Source: Dicyema japonicum
Lineage: Eukaryota > Animalia > Dicyemida
Direction of reading: 5' to 3'
Length of the DNA stretch: 64,000 bases
NCBI GenBank assembly: GCA_011109175.1
Contig: RDEW01000027.1
Span: forward strand, 860,277 to 924,276
The notes under the pieces are model-generated. The model worked only from the letters and a program-made list of their open reading frames with translations, did no database searches and had not been told where the DNA came from. A program made the position numbers and the translations under genes. Shown one piece after another: positions 49,901 through 63,129 of the stretch; within the stretch, counting starts at the first letter, position 1; each line of letters starts with the position of its first letter.

Positions 49901-52900
49901 TCAGAAAGGACTGATCGACAAGGCTGAAACATACTCCCTGAAGTTATTATCGAACATTTTTCACTGGCCCACTTGTATTTTTCCTAAAATAGTTATTAGA
50001 AGATAACCTTTAAAGTACATAATTTACTAATCGGGGGGCGGCTTTGATTAAAATTTGTAATGCATTCTAAACTTCCCACGCGCCAAGAATCTGCGAATTC
50101 GTGAGGTGAGCTAAGAGATGCTAGCCCGGGAGTTGTGAAATCGTTTAATTGATTGTCGTCGAAATCCCCACAAAGACCATGGACCTTTCCCATCCACTTT
50201 CGGCTGAGATAAGTGTAGATTGTCGTATATTTGTCCCACAATACTTCAAGACCGATTTTCTCAGCGATCACACGTGCATAAGACTGATGTTTGTAAATGA
50301 TATGAATATTTTTCGCGTGATAGTCGTCACTGAGTTCTCTTCCGTTGATTATAAATTTAGAATTCTCTGAAAGTTGGATACGAGTATTCTCGATTACAAT
50401 TTCTACAGATTTCGTGCACGTGATCCCTTAGAATTAAAAAAATCGAAAACCTGAAGCTCCGCAGGCGAAGTTTTGCATATTTATGATAAAGGATGGATTT
50501 TCCCGTGATTTGACAAGCGTATATACTTGCATTGACCTTCAAAAGAGAAGGCTTTTCCGTCAAAAGTCATGTAGTGGGGATCTCCATAGGCTACACATGT
50601 TCCTGCAAAAATGAGTCATTTAATGTGAACCCCTGCAATCTTCACTTTCTGAGTCCTTAGTCCATATTTTGTTCTCACACGTGCTAAATAATGTTAAATA
50701 GTCTTACAAGGCAGAACATTTTGAGCCTATTTTCTCCCCTGATTTGTAGAATTTATTTCCATGGAGACAGGGACATTGGTCGACCAAAACACAGTCATCC
50801 TAAAACTTAGTTGTAAATGAACCATTTGTGAGAGAACGTATCCTTCCGGACATCCACAACCATGGTAGACCATGTTTTTGCAGTCCTCCATATTATCCTG
50901 GCTTGAATCACAGCGCTTTTGACATCCTTTGATGATCGTCTGTATTTGATTGCTTGGACATTTAAGAGGAGTGAGAGTTCTATCGCATTTTACCACTCCT
51001 CCAACACACGTGCTTTAAATTATGAAAAAACCATCTTACCAATTCATACCTGCAGTTGAAAATTTGTCGTTAATTTTTGTATACAACATTTTTTTCAATA
51101 CACGTGCAGCTTTGTTTGGGGACGCATGTTCCGTAAGCATCGAAAACCATTCCATCGCTGCATCTACATCCAGGGACACAGATAGATTTGCATTCTTCGT
51201 CATTATCTTCACTTTCGTGGCAATGAAGACCACATGGAGATATGCAGTCGTGATAATCGCTGTTCTGAGGACATTTGATGCCTAAGTATGCGTTATAGAC
51301 TGCTCATACCGCATTTTAGCCTGGTATTTGTCCAATTCAAGTTGATTCCTTTCTTCGCGCATTCATACACATACGCCGATATGTGAATGCAAGCAATTTT
51401 AGATGGCTCAACTCCATTGGCAGCACAAATATCCTTTGTGCACATTTGATGGTACTCCTCCGGATTTACAGTCTCAAAGCACGTGGATAGACTTCCATGA
51501 GAGTTCCTAAGTAGGTTGCATTCTAATTCTGCTGAGCTCTAATATAGATAAATCGGTAAATCACTTCAGCTTGGCTTGTACATTCAAGGAGAACAGCACT
51601 CACAGTTTGGCACTGTTCTGTCTTACTAAGTGTGTATTCTTTAGCCAAAGAATTATAGTTGAATTTAATATTCCCACTTTTGGTTTGATACTCATTTTTT
51701 GAGTTGTAGTCGAATGTTCCACACATTCCCAGCGTCTGAAAAGTCAGTTTTTATTTTACTTTTCTGAGGTGCGAGTTACCTAGAATGAGGTAAACTCGTG
51801 ATTGGAGGTCCCAGAGAATGTGAAAACCAAAGCGGGAGAGCATTATGAAGTTTGGCTCGATTTTTCTAATTCTGAAATAGTTCGTTTGTTGTGGAAAATG
51901 AGTCAGAGAAATGTTATTTATATTTATAATCGGTTTTCCGTTTTTTGAATGAACTGCGATTGAGATCGTGTTATGAAGATTCACAAGAATTCGTCTACTA
52001 CAGACCTTATGGTCATTAAAGAGGCCAAATCTGTCCCCCACACTACACAAGGAATTGTCTACGGACACAGAGATGCCTTCGTCGTTCAACTAGAAATCAT
52101 AAATTACACTTACATGGAGAAGCTCGTATATGCACGGATTGCTGTACAAATGCTTAAAGTTTTCGAGATCAAATGTTAGATAATTCCCAATTCCAATGAG
52201 TTGACACTCTCCTGGACATTGAATATTTGGACAATTCCAAAACCCTGACTTGCAGACACTGATTTAACTAAATTTCGAAATTTCTAACCATTCTTTGCAA
52301 TTTTGTCTCAGAACCTCTCCGTTTTGGAAAACTTTTTGTCCGAAATGACAGGGACAGTCCTTCGGTTCAACACACTTTCCGGCCTCATAGAGTGTTCCAT
52401 CGCGACACTGACATCCCGGAGTGCATTCGCTGTTACATTTTTCATACATCCGGGGTAGTGAGGAACACGTGGCACATGAGTTTATGCACTCTGTATAAAC
52501 CATATCCTCAGGGCATTTGATTGCTGTTTTAAAGAAATTAAATTAAAAAATATACGGCATATTTTCGATGTTCTCCAAAAAATGGAGAGTCCAACTTGCG
52601 CACAAATTGAGGAATACTCCTCCAATGTGCACAGAGGACAGCTGTGGCTTCCTCTTGTCCTAACGTTTCCTTGGCATGGCAGTACTCGTTTTTACATCTT
52701 TCATATATTCCCTTTGGATCGACCTATTTGTTAGTTGCTATGGAAACTCGTCTTGTACAGACGTCGAATGCTTTCGAATTGATTGTCCCACATTTTATTT
52801 CTGCTTCTCTCTTGTATTCCTCTCTTGAGCATTTTGGCATAATGGCATTCCCTTTGGGACACTGCGGAGTTAATTCAACTATTTTGCTACTTTTAAATAT

Positions 52901-54316
52901 CCCTCCATGTAAGAATTTGCAAATTCTTCAACATCTTCGTTGGTTACTTTTTCGTGAGTATTAAAATCGTCTGAAAAGTAAAAATTAAGTTTGACTTTGA
53001 ATATTGCCGTCAAATGTTCCACAAAGTCCTTGAATCCCTTTGTTTTGGAAAATATTATTGAATGTGACTTGGATAACTTTTGCATTCGTCTTCTCCCATT
53101 TCACTCGGATTCCGCGTTTGTTTACGTAATGAATGTAATATTCGGATTGAGAGATTTCAAACACTGAAATTGAAATAGTCATCCTTACTTTTTCCGAAGT
53201 AAGTCGTGTTGGTGGGGATATTTTGGTCGTTGACAATAATATCACTTCCAAAAGTGTATATTATGGGATCATTTTCAATAATAATACGGAGTTGCTTAAA
53301 TAACTCAAATATCGACTTTTTTGCATTTCAGGCAACTGTCACAATTCGTAGGACGGATGCTGATTGCGATGGAACTGGAAGGATTCGCAGCTAGGGTATG
53401 CCAGCATCTCGTGTAAAATGTGTATTCCCTTCCGTCAAACGTCCGGAAGTGGGAATAGGAGGATTCACACGTGGAAAACGGAAGAGCATAGTTGTTTTTT
53501 AAGGTCAAATCTAAAAACTCAAACATTTTCGTTTCATACAAGAGGTTGTATTTTGAACAGAGGCTTGATCTAATGGTTATTCGAAACCGAGTTACCAGAC
53601 TTCTTTGATTGACAGGACACGCATGTATACCTTCCTGGAAATCCCCAGGAACCATTTTTGTTGGTCGAACAACAGTCATCGAAAGTCTTGATAGAATCAA
53701 AACTGTCAGATTCACTCCCGTCAATGTGTTTTTCTCCAAAGCATCGCCCATATTTGTAACAGTACTTTTTATCGACGGAGATTTCTGCAGTTTTACAGAA
53801 TCTAAGAAAAAACTCGACAGAGAATCCTCACAACGAAATCCAGCGAATCCCTGATCGCACTCACAGACATTTGGACCAACGCAGACTCCATTTCGGCATT
53901 TCGGGCTACAAATTGCTGAAATTTATTCCTAATTTTACGTTTATCACACAATTTGCCCGTGTACCCTTCACAACATGCCTGGATCTCCCTTATCCCATTC
54001 CTGTGATTAATCTAACTTCATACTTGGCATATTGGCAAATTTCTGGGCTTTTCTCTTGCATAAATTTCATCAGCTCATTTTTCGAATATTTTGCTGAATC
54101 TCCAGACAGGAGCCAATTGCCATACAGCATATCTATGAAATTTCCGCATAGATCTGTCTTAGTTTCAGTGAAATGTTCTGTTTTGTTGCAGTATCTAAAT
54201 GTGTTCGGAATATTAAACTTTGAAGTTTCTGCGGCATCAATTAAAAAATTTTGTTGGTAGACTAGCAGAAGCAATAGAATCCCAAACATTTGAGTCTTAA
54301 AGTCATAATTTGGCAT
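41000..54316 (-). CDS. Giant secreted SCO-spondin-like / gel-forming mucin protein (signal peptide, EMI-like, EGF, Cys-rich module, 3x VWD-C8-TIL, 4-5 LDLa, F5/8C-like domains, Thr-rich repeats, C-terminal cystine knot)
   Basis: [11 protein letters not shown] signal; RYCNKTEH; [11 protein letters not shown]; [15 protein letters not shown] and GLCGDFD; [11 protein letters not shown]; LDLa CDG..DC.DGSDE; CTCK CGGNC..DCKCC..CYC..C with stop at 41002-41000. Many short introns and a few 1-bp indels; the exon map was not fully resolved. Confidence 0.85.
43420..47130 (-). repeat. Tandem array of ~22 x 167-bp units, each a 138-nt exon plus a 29-nt intron
   Basis: TCTTCTAAAC recurs 23 times at ~167-bp spacing. 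Minus-strand intron GTTAAGAATATATTGTTCATATTGTTTAG; exon encodes [46 protein letters not shown]. Confidence 0.95.
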
Positions 54317-54961
54317 ATTAAGTGAGAAATTGCAGCATATGGGATAGAAAACATGTGGATAATTCGATTTGATTGATTGACTTTATAATCTCACTAATTT
54401 TCATTATCGAGCTTATTATTTGCTAAAAGTTTGTAATTTTTTAATTAAATTTTGATTTTAATTAACCCTTGGATGGCAGATATTAAACTCAAGACACACG
54501 AACAAAGGAATTTCTCAGAATTTATTCGGATATGGCAAATGGTATATTTTACTGGTTTGTGGTTTTTTAAATAAATTAATATCAAAAAGAGAAAAAGCAG
54601 AGCAACAGCTTGTTCTAAATTGAAATAATGCCATACAGATTAAGATTCTCATCAGATTGATATGATGGTTATCAATAACTATCAACTGACGGTGGTCGAC
54701 ACCAATCAAGCGCAATTCTAGTTCATCTTATCGGGTAATGCTTGCATGTTTAATCAATCGGCTGAGTCTAATTATACACAAATCAGAAAACACATCAAAA
54801 AACAACTAAATAGGAAACCAATTCACAAGCTACCAGATTTATTGGTCACGATAACCCCTATATTTTGCACATGGAGATATTGAATGAAATCTATCACACA
54901 TTTGACTGAAAGCAAAATAAACCAAAGACTTTATTAAGTAATTAGAAGTCCAAAATAGCGA

Positions 54962-55443
54962 CTATTTCTTAACCGCTTTAAGAATATCATTAAATTTCCA
55001 GTCGGTTAATTCGTTAATTTCGATACTAGGTATGTTTAAGCGAGACTTGACTTCTGTGTACGAGGCAGCCATCATCATTTTATTTCTTGTACTAGATTTT
55101 TCGTTGTTCCTTTAAGTAAATCAGCTTATAACCATTTTACTAGAATAAGCTTGCCCACAATGTCCAAAACAACGTAGAAAGAGTCATCTTTGGAATAAAT
55201 GAAGTCCAATAGACCATTGAACATGCACTCTGATAGTTAGTCTCAATCAATACCATCGTCAGCGTTCTGATAATCTCTACCAGTATACTCAACGTCTATC
55301 TGTCCGTGAGAGTGACCGAAGACCAGAAAACGATGGGGAACTTTCTTATTTTTCAATTCCATGAAACTGTTCATGACTTCATCGCTGACTGCAACTCCTG
55401 AGGAAAGGACCTACAAAGTAACACATTCAAATGATCAAACCAT
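54962..55443 (-). CDS. Cofilin / actin-depolymerising factor, 4 exons
   Basis: ATG-only first exon, then VLSSGVAVSDEVMNSFMELK, YVVLDI, KLILVKW and RNKMMMAAS; introns of 30, 24 and 23 nt. Confidence 0.88.
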
Positions 55444-57458
55444 TTTCAACTAAACAATTAGAGTTTTATGTCAATTTATTAAGGTTAGCCATTATAAAAA
55501 AATAAATATTAATAATTATTGCTAACTAAATATTGCTAAAAATATTTATAATTTTGTTTGTCACCGAAATATCAATTTAATTTTATCGAAAGTTCACCAA
55601 AAACTCGTGGTATTTAAACATTTTAAAGCAATAAATATGTTGATTTTAACGATCAAAGTATTGATCATTCAGAAAAAAATTGAAAGCATCAATATTGACT
55701 TATTGACAGTTTAATTGGAAATTGGCGTCAAAATTTTCACGTGAAAATTCCATTGATTTAACCTAAGGCTACATTATATGATTTGCTCTTGTTAATCGCC
55801 GATCATGTGAAGAAACCGTATTAGAAATTAAGTTATTATCTTGAATGTCGGAGTTCGTGGTCCCAGTCCAGTTAAATTTGTTGAAACGATTGGGTATCTC
55901 TCATGGAGGGGACTCTAAGACTATACAATAGTACTCCTAGTACATTAGACTCGTGAAAAGTAACTCTCAATCGGTACCCTTAGACAAGAACCGGTATGAT
56001 TTCCATTGGTTTTCTAAAAATTGTGAATTAAATCTATTGAAGACATAATTCGTTTCTAAAGTTATATTCATTTATATTTGGAAATAAGAAAGTCAGACGT
56101 TAACGCTCTTAAGGGTCTCTTAATTTAGTGGTTAACGTGGTGCCGATGACGTAGCTTTGCTGCACTATGACATAAGTACAGTCAATCTATTTATCTATTC
56201 AAGCTCATCTCATTCCCAATCTTAATAGACTCGTGAAACAGCATTAACCAGAAGTTTAGAAATCACGAAATATCGGATGCGTCAATGTCTGAATTCGAAC
56301 CCTGTCTAGGCAATGTTTGAATCGGAGGAACTTGGATGAGAACCATCGGCCTTGAGGATGGAACTATTAGCCTATTCTCGAATATTCTTAATGATGGATG
56401 TCATTGATGCATAATTACCACATTATATTAAACCATATCCTAGACCGCAACCACACACCTGCCGATAATCATACCTGAATATTCAATTTTATGAAGCACC
56501 TGCGCACCAAGAAATTATTTTATCTAAAAATATAATAACAGGATAATCTAGTAAGTTCTAATTTATTGAAGAGCCACTAAAAATGATAATAATTCGGGAA
56601 TTACACAAACAAATATCTATATATCATCCTATTCTAACCAAGTCTCCGTTAATTTTTAATCAACCTGTTTCAAGTGGCCAAGGTGACACGAAAAAGGATC
56701 ATTTACTCTCTCCCACTCAATTGGAGGGGTTCCCGCAACTGCTAGGGATGATCGTCTTTTACCTTTATGCTGGTTCTGTATTGGCTTGTGTGACGTTGGA
56801 AAGACTCTGTGTCTGTGACAGTGGAAACAGGATACACTTAATTGTCAACTTCCTTCTCTGTATCCGGGGTTAATAATAAGTCTCGGTAAATGCTACTAAG
56901 CACTTTCGGTTTTCTTGTTATATTAATCGATATGTCCTTGCCAAATGTGGCTGTCAGTTTTAATAGGCGGTAAGACATAATTAATTTCTCTCATGTTTTA
57001 ATCCCATATATCATTTCAACAAGTCTGGTATTGAATTTCTTTGTCAAGAAAAAAAATTAATTGTACGCATTGTTAGCATTTCAATCGATAAAATATGAAG
57101 GTTAAGAATTCTTGGCTGAACGCAGTGTCTGAAAATATCGAATCTGACTATCATGGATTCGAATCCGAAACGTGGACTTTTCAGCGAAGGTCAATTCTCC
57201 TCAACCAAGAAAATATACATAAAATCTGCCAGATGTTTCAAGAGATATAATCAATTCATAAAGTGGGTCTTAGTCTGACCATTGTCATGGTAACGTCAAA
57301 AACTCGAGACATTAAGGAGTCGTAGTCGTTGATTTGGATTCCTTCTCGTCTGTTAGAAAGATGGAAACCCGCTTCGTCTGTCTGTTTCTAAAGGCAAAAG
57401 AAAACCGATTGATTAAAAATTTCTCCTCCCCAATCGGATTCCTCTGCAGGAATGAGCG

Positions 57459-57881
57459 TTGAATGGTGCAGTTGACTACGGTAACTGGGATAACCTAACT
57501 GTTTTACGTTTTTTTCTGTCTTTCTATCTCAGTGATCCCGGGGGTACTAAACAAATAAATAAGGCTCCATTAAATTATTGTCAGAGACAACTTGAAACTA
57601 TGTATCTCCCTTTCCGAAAACGTTTATCGACTCCTTGTCTTATACTACACCAAGTGGGATTCGTAAAGGCACAATTCGCTGCAAAGAAGCCAAGGACTTT
57701 TCGACCGGTTCATGTTCAGTGGATTGCAGTCGAGACAACTGGAACGGCTAGTAGACAGTATTTTTTATTTTTTAAGAATCTGGGATTTCTGACTACACTT
57801 AGAAACCATGACACTCAGTGTCGCCTCCAATTCATCTCGATAGCTATTGTGAGTGTCAATAGTCCCTGGATAACTAATTAA
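57459..57881 (+). mobile_element. CRE-like C-terminal fragment
   Basis: WIAVETTG...FFKNLG...LQFISIAIV. Confidence 0.6.
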
Positions 57882-57959
57882 CGCGATTTGTTATTGGCAA
57901 CAGACGTAGAATTATATTAATCATTATCTCTCCCAATTTTGGCATATTTGAAGTCTTAC

Positions 57960-59040
57960 AGTCTGGAGTTACTGAGAAGAAAGCATTCTACTACAGCTAC
58001 AAACTACCGCCACCTAACGTTGCCGGAAGATCTCCCGATATTTCCCTCACCGAAAGCGAAGTGATACGAGGAATAAAGTCGTTTGCACCCAGCAGTAGCG
58101 GAGGTTTGGACGGACTGCACCCAAGCCATGTAAAGGATTTAATTTCAGAGGCTACTGCTGAGGCGGGTCGAGGTTTAGTCACGTCTATCACCGATCTGAT
58201 CGCACGAATAATTAATGGAATCATTCCTACATATACAAGAGATCGTTTTTTTGCGAACATAAAGATGAACTGAACTGGTCAAGTTGCAAGCTGCCTGTGA
58301 GAACAGAGGGAATTTGGCTAAGGTCCCCGATGGAAGCTTCCTTACCTGCTAACCTCTCATCGCTTGCGAACAGTAGTCGCTTGAACTAAGGAATCCTACA
58401 TAACGCAACTGGACTTACATTGGGAGCAACGTTCGACAGTGTTTGTATGTTGTGGGGGGAGACAGGTATGGAATTCGATATTGCTAGCCAGAAAAGTTGG
58501 GACTCAATAACAAGTACAAGGACGCTGGAAGATGTGAAGACAGGAGCCAACCAATGCCGATATGCATGTATCATGTCAGTCGCACATCGTAGAAATGGGG
58601 CCTGACTCGAAGCCCTACCAACAATTTTTGACGAGAATTGCATTGCGACTGGACCATTCACACAGCTGCCATTTTGGAAAGTGTCGACACTAAAGGCCTA
58701 CATCTGCTGTCTTGCCGACGGAGCGCGAGACGTGCCCCACCCCACTCAGCTCTCAATGACTTTGTTCTCGTTTCCGGCTCAACTGGTGGCAACACACTTA
58801 CACGGAGACGTAGGAGACAAGGCGGAGCACGGGAAAATCCGGAAGTATGAATGACTCTTATGACAAAACGTGCCTGTGATGGAAACTTCCGGGGTCATGG
58901 AAGAAATGACGGACGCCTTTCTCTTCAATACCGGACGAATGATCGTTTCGAAGAGAACACTGCGAAGCACTGGTTTAGACAGATGCTCGGAATAGTAGTG
59001 AGGGAACGATCACGCAATCCTGGCCTCTTAGTTAAATGAC
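57960..59040 (+). mobile_element. Internally deleted CRE-like retrotransposon
   Basis: EVIRGIKSFAPSSSGGLDGLHP.H.KDL (pre-RT), GLHLLSCRRSA...HSALND (knuckle) and RLE remnants. Confidence 0.75.
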
Positions 59041-59899
59041 TTAATTTCATAGTTTTTTCTTATTTTATTTTTCGTAATGAAAAAAGCTTATGCCATAACC
59101 TAAATACCTACAGAGCCACCACCATTGTGTGCTTTCAAGAAAAAGTCAAGAGCCGACTAAATGAGATACAGAACATTTGCCGAATCATCCTTCTATTAGA
59201 ATCGGGATACTATGGGCAGGGGTTCGTCAATAACAAGAGCTTTTGGAATTCAATAAAAAAATACTACTATGTGAACGACCGGATGTACATGTTACAATTT
59301 AAACAAGACATTATGACCAAAATGGTAATTAATGGCTATGCTCCAAAAAGTGTATAAGTTAGACTTCTACCATATTCTGACACACATGAGTGAAAAACAT
59401 CTTTTCTTGTACATCGGATCTCCTATGCGTATGCTTCCTGGAGCCAATTCTTCCCTTGTATAATTCCTTGGAGATCGAAGCTAGTCAAAAAAGGGCTTTT
59501 AAAGTTACGGAGAGATGAACTTTTTTAAAGGTTCCCTCTCCAATGCTTTTGGAATTCCTAATCCGTTAGAACTGAGGACGTACCCGTGCGACTACGAACA
59601 TCCAGCCATACGTATTTTCGTGGGCTCGAGGGAGGAACATCGTGCCTAGTTAAAGTCTCTATTGGAGCGTATCAGGATCACGTGAGTAGTTAGTTTGGTG
59701 TTACCTTGATCTTTGGAATTATTCAGTCATTCATTGCATTATTGCTGGAGACTGACAAGCACAGGGTAATTCCTTGAATAAGATAGACTAATAAGGACGG
59801 CCTAAGCGGTGACATTGAATTGAATCCAAGACCTCTGATAATTGTGCAACTGAATATCAAGTCATGAACAAGATCATCGAAATAAAGAACTTAACAAAA

Positions 59900-60200
59900 A
59901 GACATGATAATGATACCTTACTTTACGAGAGTTAAACTCTAAAGTGAAAACATAACACCAAAGTACCCTGACTACTAGTTGATAGAGAAAGAGAACGCGG
60001 AGGTGGCTTACTATCATACTTAACGGAATCCCCACAAGGGTATCACAAATTATGTTTACAGTCGTCTCCTAGATAATGGTAGCCTCGAACTCCTCTGACT
60101 CTCTCACGCTGGTATGCATATATCCCGCCTTCAAACTCATGTCCCTTATCACCCTCAAAAACCCAATCATATGTGGAGATTTTTACGTGAAACATCCTCT
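59900..60200 (+). mobile_element. Degraded APE-endonuclease fragment
   Basis: RERGGGLLSY and PIICGDFYVKHP motifs. Confidence 0.55.
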
Positions 60201-60269
60201 TGACTCCATGGAAGTAATTTCCAATTGTTTGATGGATTAATTAATTAAATTTATTAAATCAATTCCAAA

Positions 60270-61030
60270 GACCACTGTTAAACCGAAAAAACTAAACTAA
60301 GTGATCCCGACGAATTGGATCAAGGCTCTCATTTTTTCTCGGTGTTGATCCTTGAGCCTACACAAGTTCGTTGTGGACGAGCACTTTCTTTTTGGCATTG
60401 GTGTCCATTCTTGTATTTTTCGATTAGTTTCTCCATGGCGTCGGTGATTTAATGTTTTCCCCTGTGTACCATCTCTCCGTTAGCTTGAAGGCCTTTTTCT
60501 GGGTTGCGGAGATTTTCTGGATGTTCGTATAAGAGGCCAGTGGTCCCCATGAAGTACACGCATATGAAATGCATGGTTCGATGTACTGTGAGTAGAGCGC
60601 TTTAAGTATAGGGTGATGTCCAATTTTCCATAGACCTGTTAGGCATTTCAGAAGGTTGATTTTCTTCTCACATTTGTTCAGCACGTTAGTGACATGTCTC
60701 GAAAAGTTCATGTGCGTATCGAAAGTCAGACCCAATATTTTTTGCCATTTGCTGAACGGCAATTCTCTTCCCTCCGCAGTAACTTCTACTGTCCTGTTCG
60801 ACAATCTTTTGCCCGACGTATAGAGTTGTAACCGATTTTTCGGTATTGATTGACATCCGATTTTTATTAAACCACTCGAGTAGTCGATCTATGTGGTGTT
60901 GTATTCTTTCCGTCGCTGTTTGGGTATTCTGATCCCGTGAGGCTAAGACGATATCGTCTGCATAAACCAGAAGCAGGTCGTCTTCTCCATTCGGCGTCGG
61001 AATGTCAGCCGTAAACAGGTTGAATGGAGA
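60270..61030 (-). mobile_element. Degraded I/Jockey-like RT and 3' end
   Basis: VYADDIVLAS, KILGLTFDTHMNF and LYSQYIEPCISYAC..W. Confidence 0.85.
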
Positions 61031-61229
61031 TGTTACTTAAAATACCAAATAACACGGCAGGAAATTTTAACTGCTATAATAAAAACTCAAAAATAACGAC
61101 GCCACAGGCCCAGAAAACACCAATGGTGAACTTATAAAATACGTTCCACGAGAAATATTAATAATGAGTAACATTCTAAGTAAAATGTTCTGCAATTACA
61201 TCACATTACCTCTTATGAAGGAAACATTG

Positions 61230-61636
61230 ATTTTTTGCAGAAATTAAAAATAGTAACCACTATATTTGACTTTGATGTGCCACGAATTTGATGTGATCCA
61301 AAAAGACAAAAAATGGCCTTTTCACAGTCAAAATTTTTAGAATTAGTGTTGAAAACTGGGGAGTCATTACGAGCATTTGAGAACTCTAAAATAAGAAAAT
61401 GCGGTATTCTCTTTACCAGATTACATGTGCATCCCGTCGTCGTCGAAACTAGTGAAGTCTTCGGGCCCAAGACAGTCTCTTTTCTAAGATCTCTTTGGTC
61501 AATGATATCGAAAGTAACCAATGAGCGACGGGAAATCAAATGGTTGTTCCAAAAGATTTCTCTGCCAGCTGTCAGGGGGAACAGCAACTCTATTTTTTCG
61601 TTGTTACGTAATAAATTGTTTTTGGTTAAAAAATGA
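61230..61636 (+). mobile_element. CRE-like C-terminal fragment
   Basis: HPVVVETSEVFGP...WLFQKISLPAVRGNS. Confidence 0.75.
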
Positions 61637-62400
61637 TGGAAATTATTACGATTCTATAACTATTCTGGACGACGATTCTTTTAGGATGATTCGTGTACTG
61701 TTTGCCGACACCAAGTTTCTGTGAAGAGGATGCACGCAATTCAGATCTTCAGAACAACTATTGAAAACATCTTAAAGCGACTCAATAGCTGCCATTCATT
61801 GTCTATCTTTCCTGATGAGGTCCTTACTAGAGCGTGCTGGGATCACGTGATTAGTAGTTTCATAACCATGGTCTCTGGTGTTATTATTATTATCTTGAAG
61901 CAGCACTGAGAGATCTGAGGAAACTAGTTAAAACGAATTTGATAGCTGAAGTGGTATATGCTGACTTGTATACTTCATCTCTCATGATAAGGCACTTGAA
62001 GAACTGCTCAACATAACACCTTGCACCCTTGAAAAGTTGTCCTTAAAAAATTAACGTGGAGAAAACAGACTATCTAACAATAGGTCGGACAGATAAACCA
62101 TCCAAACACAAATATTTTTAAACAGAGTCTCAAATATTTCTAATACTGCGGGTCCTTGCGGAACACTGGTCGATTTAGCTTCACAGTATCTTCTGAATGA
62201 ACTGTGAAGCTCCAAACAAATGGAAATTATCACTTGAATCCGTTAGAAACATTTGAAAAATAACTATAAAGAGTGCTTTTACAGTAAAATACAAGAGTCA
62301 AGTAATTGTTGAATATTAAATCAAAAATTTGACTTATAAAAATTTTTTTTGAAAGAATTTTTCAAAGTTAAAAATTAAATTTTATGAAATTTAAATAATC

Positions 62401-62545
62401 GGGGGACACCAGAAAAATAACAACAGTCTCCATTTGTCCATTCGATGTGATGAAGATAATGAATCCGAAAATGAGGATGACCGTGTATTTGTGATTAAAG
62501 CGATCTATCTGGTCATCATCCCAATTTCTTTGGCATTGAAAGGAT
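62401..62545 (-). pseudogene. Innexin-like N-terminal fragment
   Basis: RNWDDDQIDRFNHKYTVILIFGFIIFITS followed out of frame by WCP, resembling the innexin DDD.IDRLNH.YT...WCP motif. No convincing start codon or downstream exons. Confidence 0.5.
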
Positions 62546-63129
62546 TTTTTCTTTTATCACACACTCTATCCTTCAAAACATTAGATCTTCTTTCCAATAT
62601 GAATAAAACAGTATACAATAAGCCCTCTCCCGGCTCATGTTTGGCTAATATATGATCTTCCCCTGTTCGTAGTTAAGAGATGACTTTCATACTAATTTAG
62701 GGTCCAAATCAAATATCTAAAATCCCTTGGTTTGGAATCAATTAATTCACTGTAGCACTTATAAAAGCATCATGCGTGTTTCATATTCAAATTTAAGCTA
62801 CAAAAAATAAATTTTACAACTTTGACGAAATTTTCGTAAAATTCATTATTTAAAGAATAAAGCTCGAAACTCTTATTTATTAGCTTTAAAGGATTTTTAT
62901 TAATTCGCACTGTAATGATCATTTCAAATGAAAATCGTATTTTTCCAACTTATTATCGAATATCGCAAAACACACATGGTATCAACATTTTTTGATTTTT
63001 TTCTGATTATTTGGTCGAAGGATTCTCTTTTTTTTCTTTTGGTCATAATCATGATTAGAGTGCCCTAATATGGTCCTCATGTCTCAGGTGCCCAAATGGT
63101 ACAATAATGACCACATTACAAAAAATACC

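Noticed and set aside
54470-54720. Small plus-strand ORF (MADIKLKTHEQRNFSEF..) weakly like small TIM chaperones
   Set aside because: No twin CX3C motif and no consistent splice model.
57110-57190. tRNA-like segment (TGGCTGAAC...GGATTCGAATCC)
   Set aside because: No acceptor or anticodon stems; at best a decayed SINE head.
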